Part shown: positions 36,898-37,148 of the stretch, one piece after another
Layout: each line of letters starts with the position of its first letter
How positions within the stretch are numbered: the first letter of the stretch is position 1
Sequence record: SRR22947727_1956
Length of the DNA stretch: 37,148 nucleotides
Reading direction: 5' to 3' (one strand)
Notes under the pieces: generated by a model
Seen by the model: only the letters and a program-made list of their open reading frames with translations
Database searches by the model: none
What the model was told of the DNA's origin: nothing
Translations under genes and position numbers: made by a program

Positions 36898-37148
36898 ATG
36901 AAATTTAAACTTCTAGCTGCTGCAGCAAGCAGTATAGCTATGGCAACCCCGGTCCTTGCAGATTTGGTTTTGCCGTGGATGTCATATCGTACTGGACCCT
37001 ACGCGGTTGCCGGTATTCCATTGGCGGATGGATATGCTGATTACCTAACGCTGCTGAATGAGCGCGATGGTGGTATTGGCGGTGTTCCGGTTCGTTTGCT
37101 GGAATGCGAAACCGGATATAACACCGAAAAAGGTGTGGAATGTTATGA
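36898..37148 (+). CDS. Liv-type ABC substrate-binding protein, 5' part (truncated by the window end)
   Basis: GGGAGG RBS; MKFKLLAAAASSIAMATPVLA signal peptide, then SYRTGPYA..G...ADGY.DY....NERDGGIGG...ECETGYNTEKGVECY; open to the window end. Confidence 0.9.
   Translation, partial: MKFKLLAAAASSIAMATPVLADLVLPWMSYRTGPYAVAGIPLADGYADYLTLLNERDGGIGGVPVRLLECETGYNTEKGVECY

Overview
Compact alphaproteobacterial chromosome segment, most likely a streamlined marine Rhodobacteraceae (Roseobacter group). This is inferred from protein style, gene order and frequent overlapping start/stop codons. Contents in order: (1) a heptamer repeat and a small winged-helix gene at the left edge; (2) a reductive pyrimidine-catabolism cluster with an NMT1/THI5-type ABC transporter, hydA, beta-ureidopropionase, preTA, two tandem RutR-type TetR regulators, two RutR-like operators and a divergent DMT transporter; (3) infA-maf-RNase E/G, a cold-shock gene, an inositol monophosphatase family gene and slyX; (4) a secreted MORN-repeat protein and an SDR plus Fe-S cryptochrome/photolyase operon with an RpoH-type, apparently leaderless promoter; (5) hisS-hisZ-hisG, DUF1489 and B12-dependent nrdJ; (6) a ~0.8 kb probable phage relic made of an orphan lipoprotein with its own promoter and a C-terminal tape-measure-like fragment; (7) UDG-SseB; (8) a PAS hybrid kinase/OmpR pair divergent from an acyl-CoA ligase plus Liv-type ABC operon that runs off the window. 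I saw no tRNA, rRNA, CRISPR array or transposase. Most of the window is ordinary metabolism and no clearly new system can be proven from the sequence. The best leads are the coupled twin-RutR regulators with two operator variants, the phage relic, two mini-ORFs inside ABC operons and the repeated-hairpin leader upstream of the pyrimidine operon.
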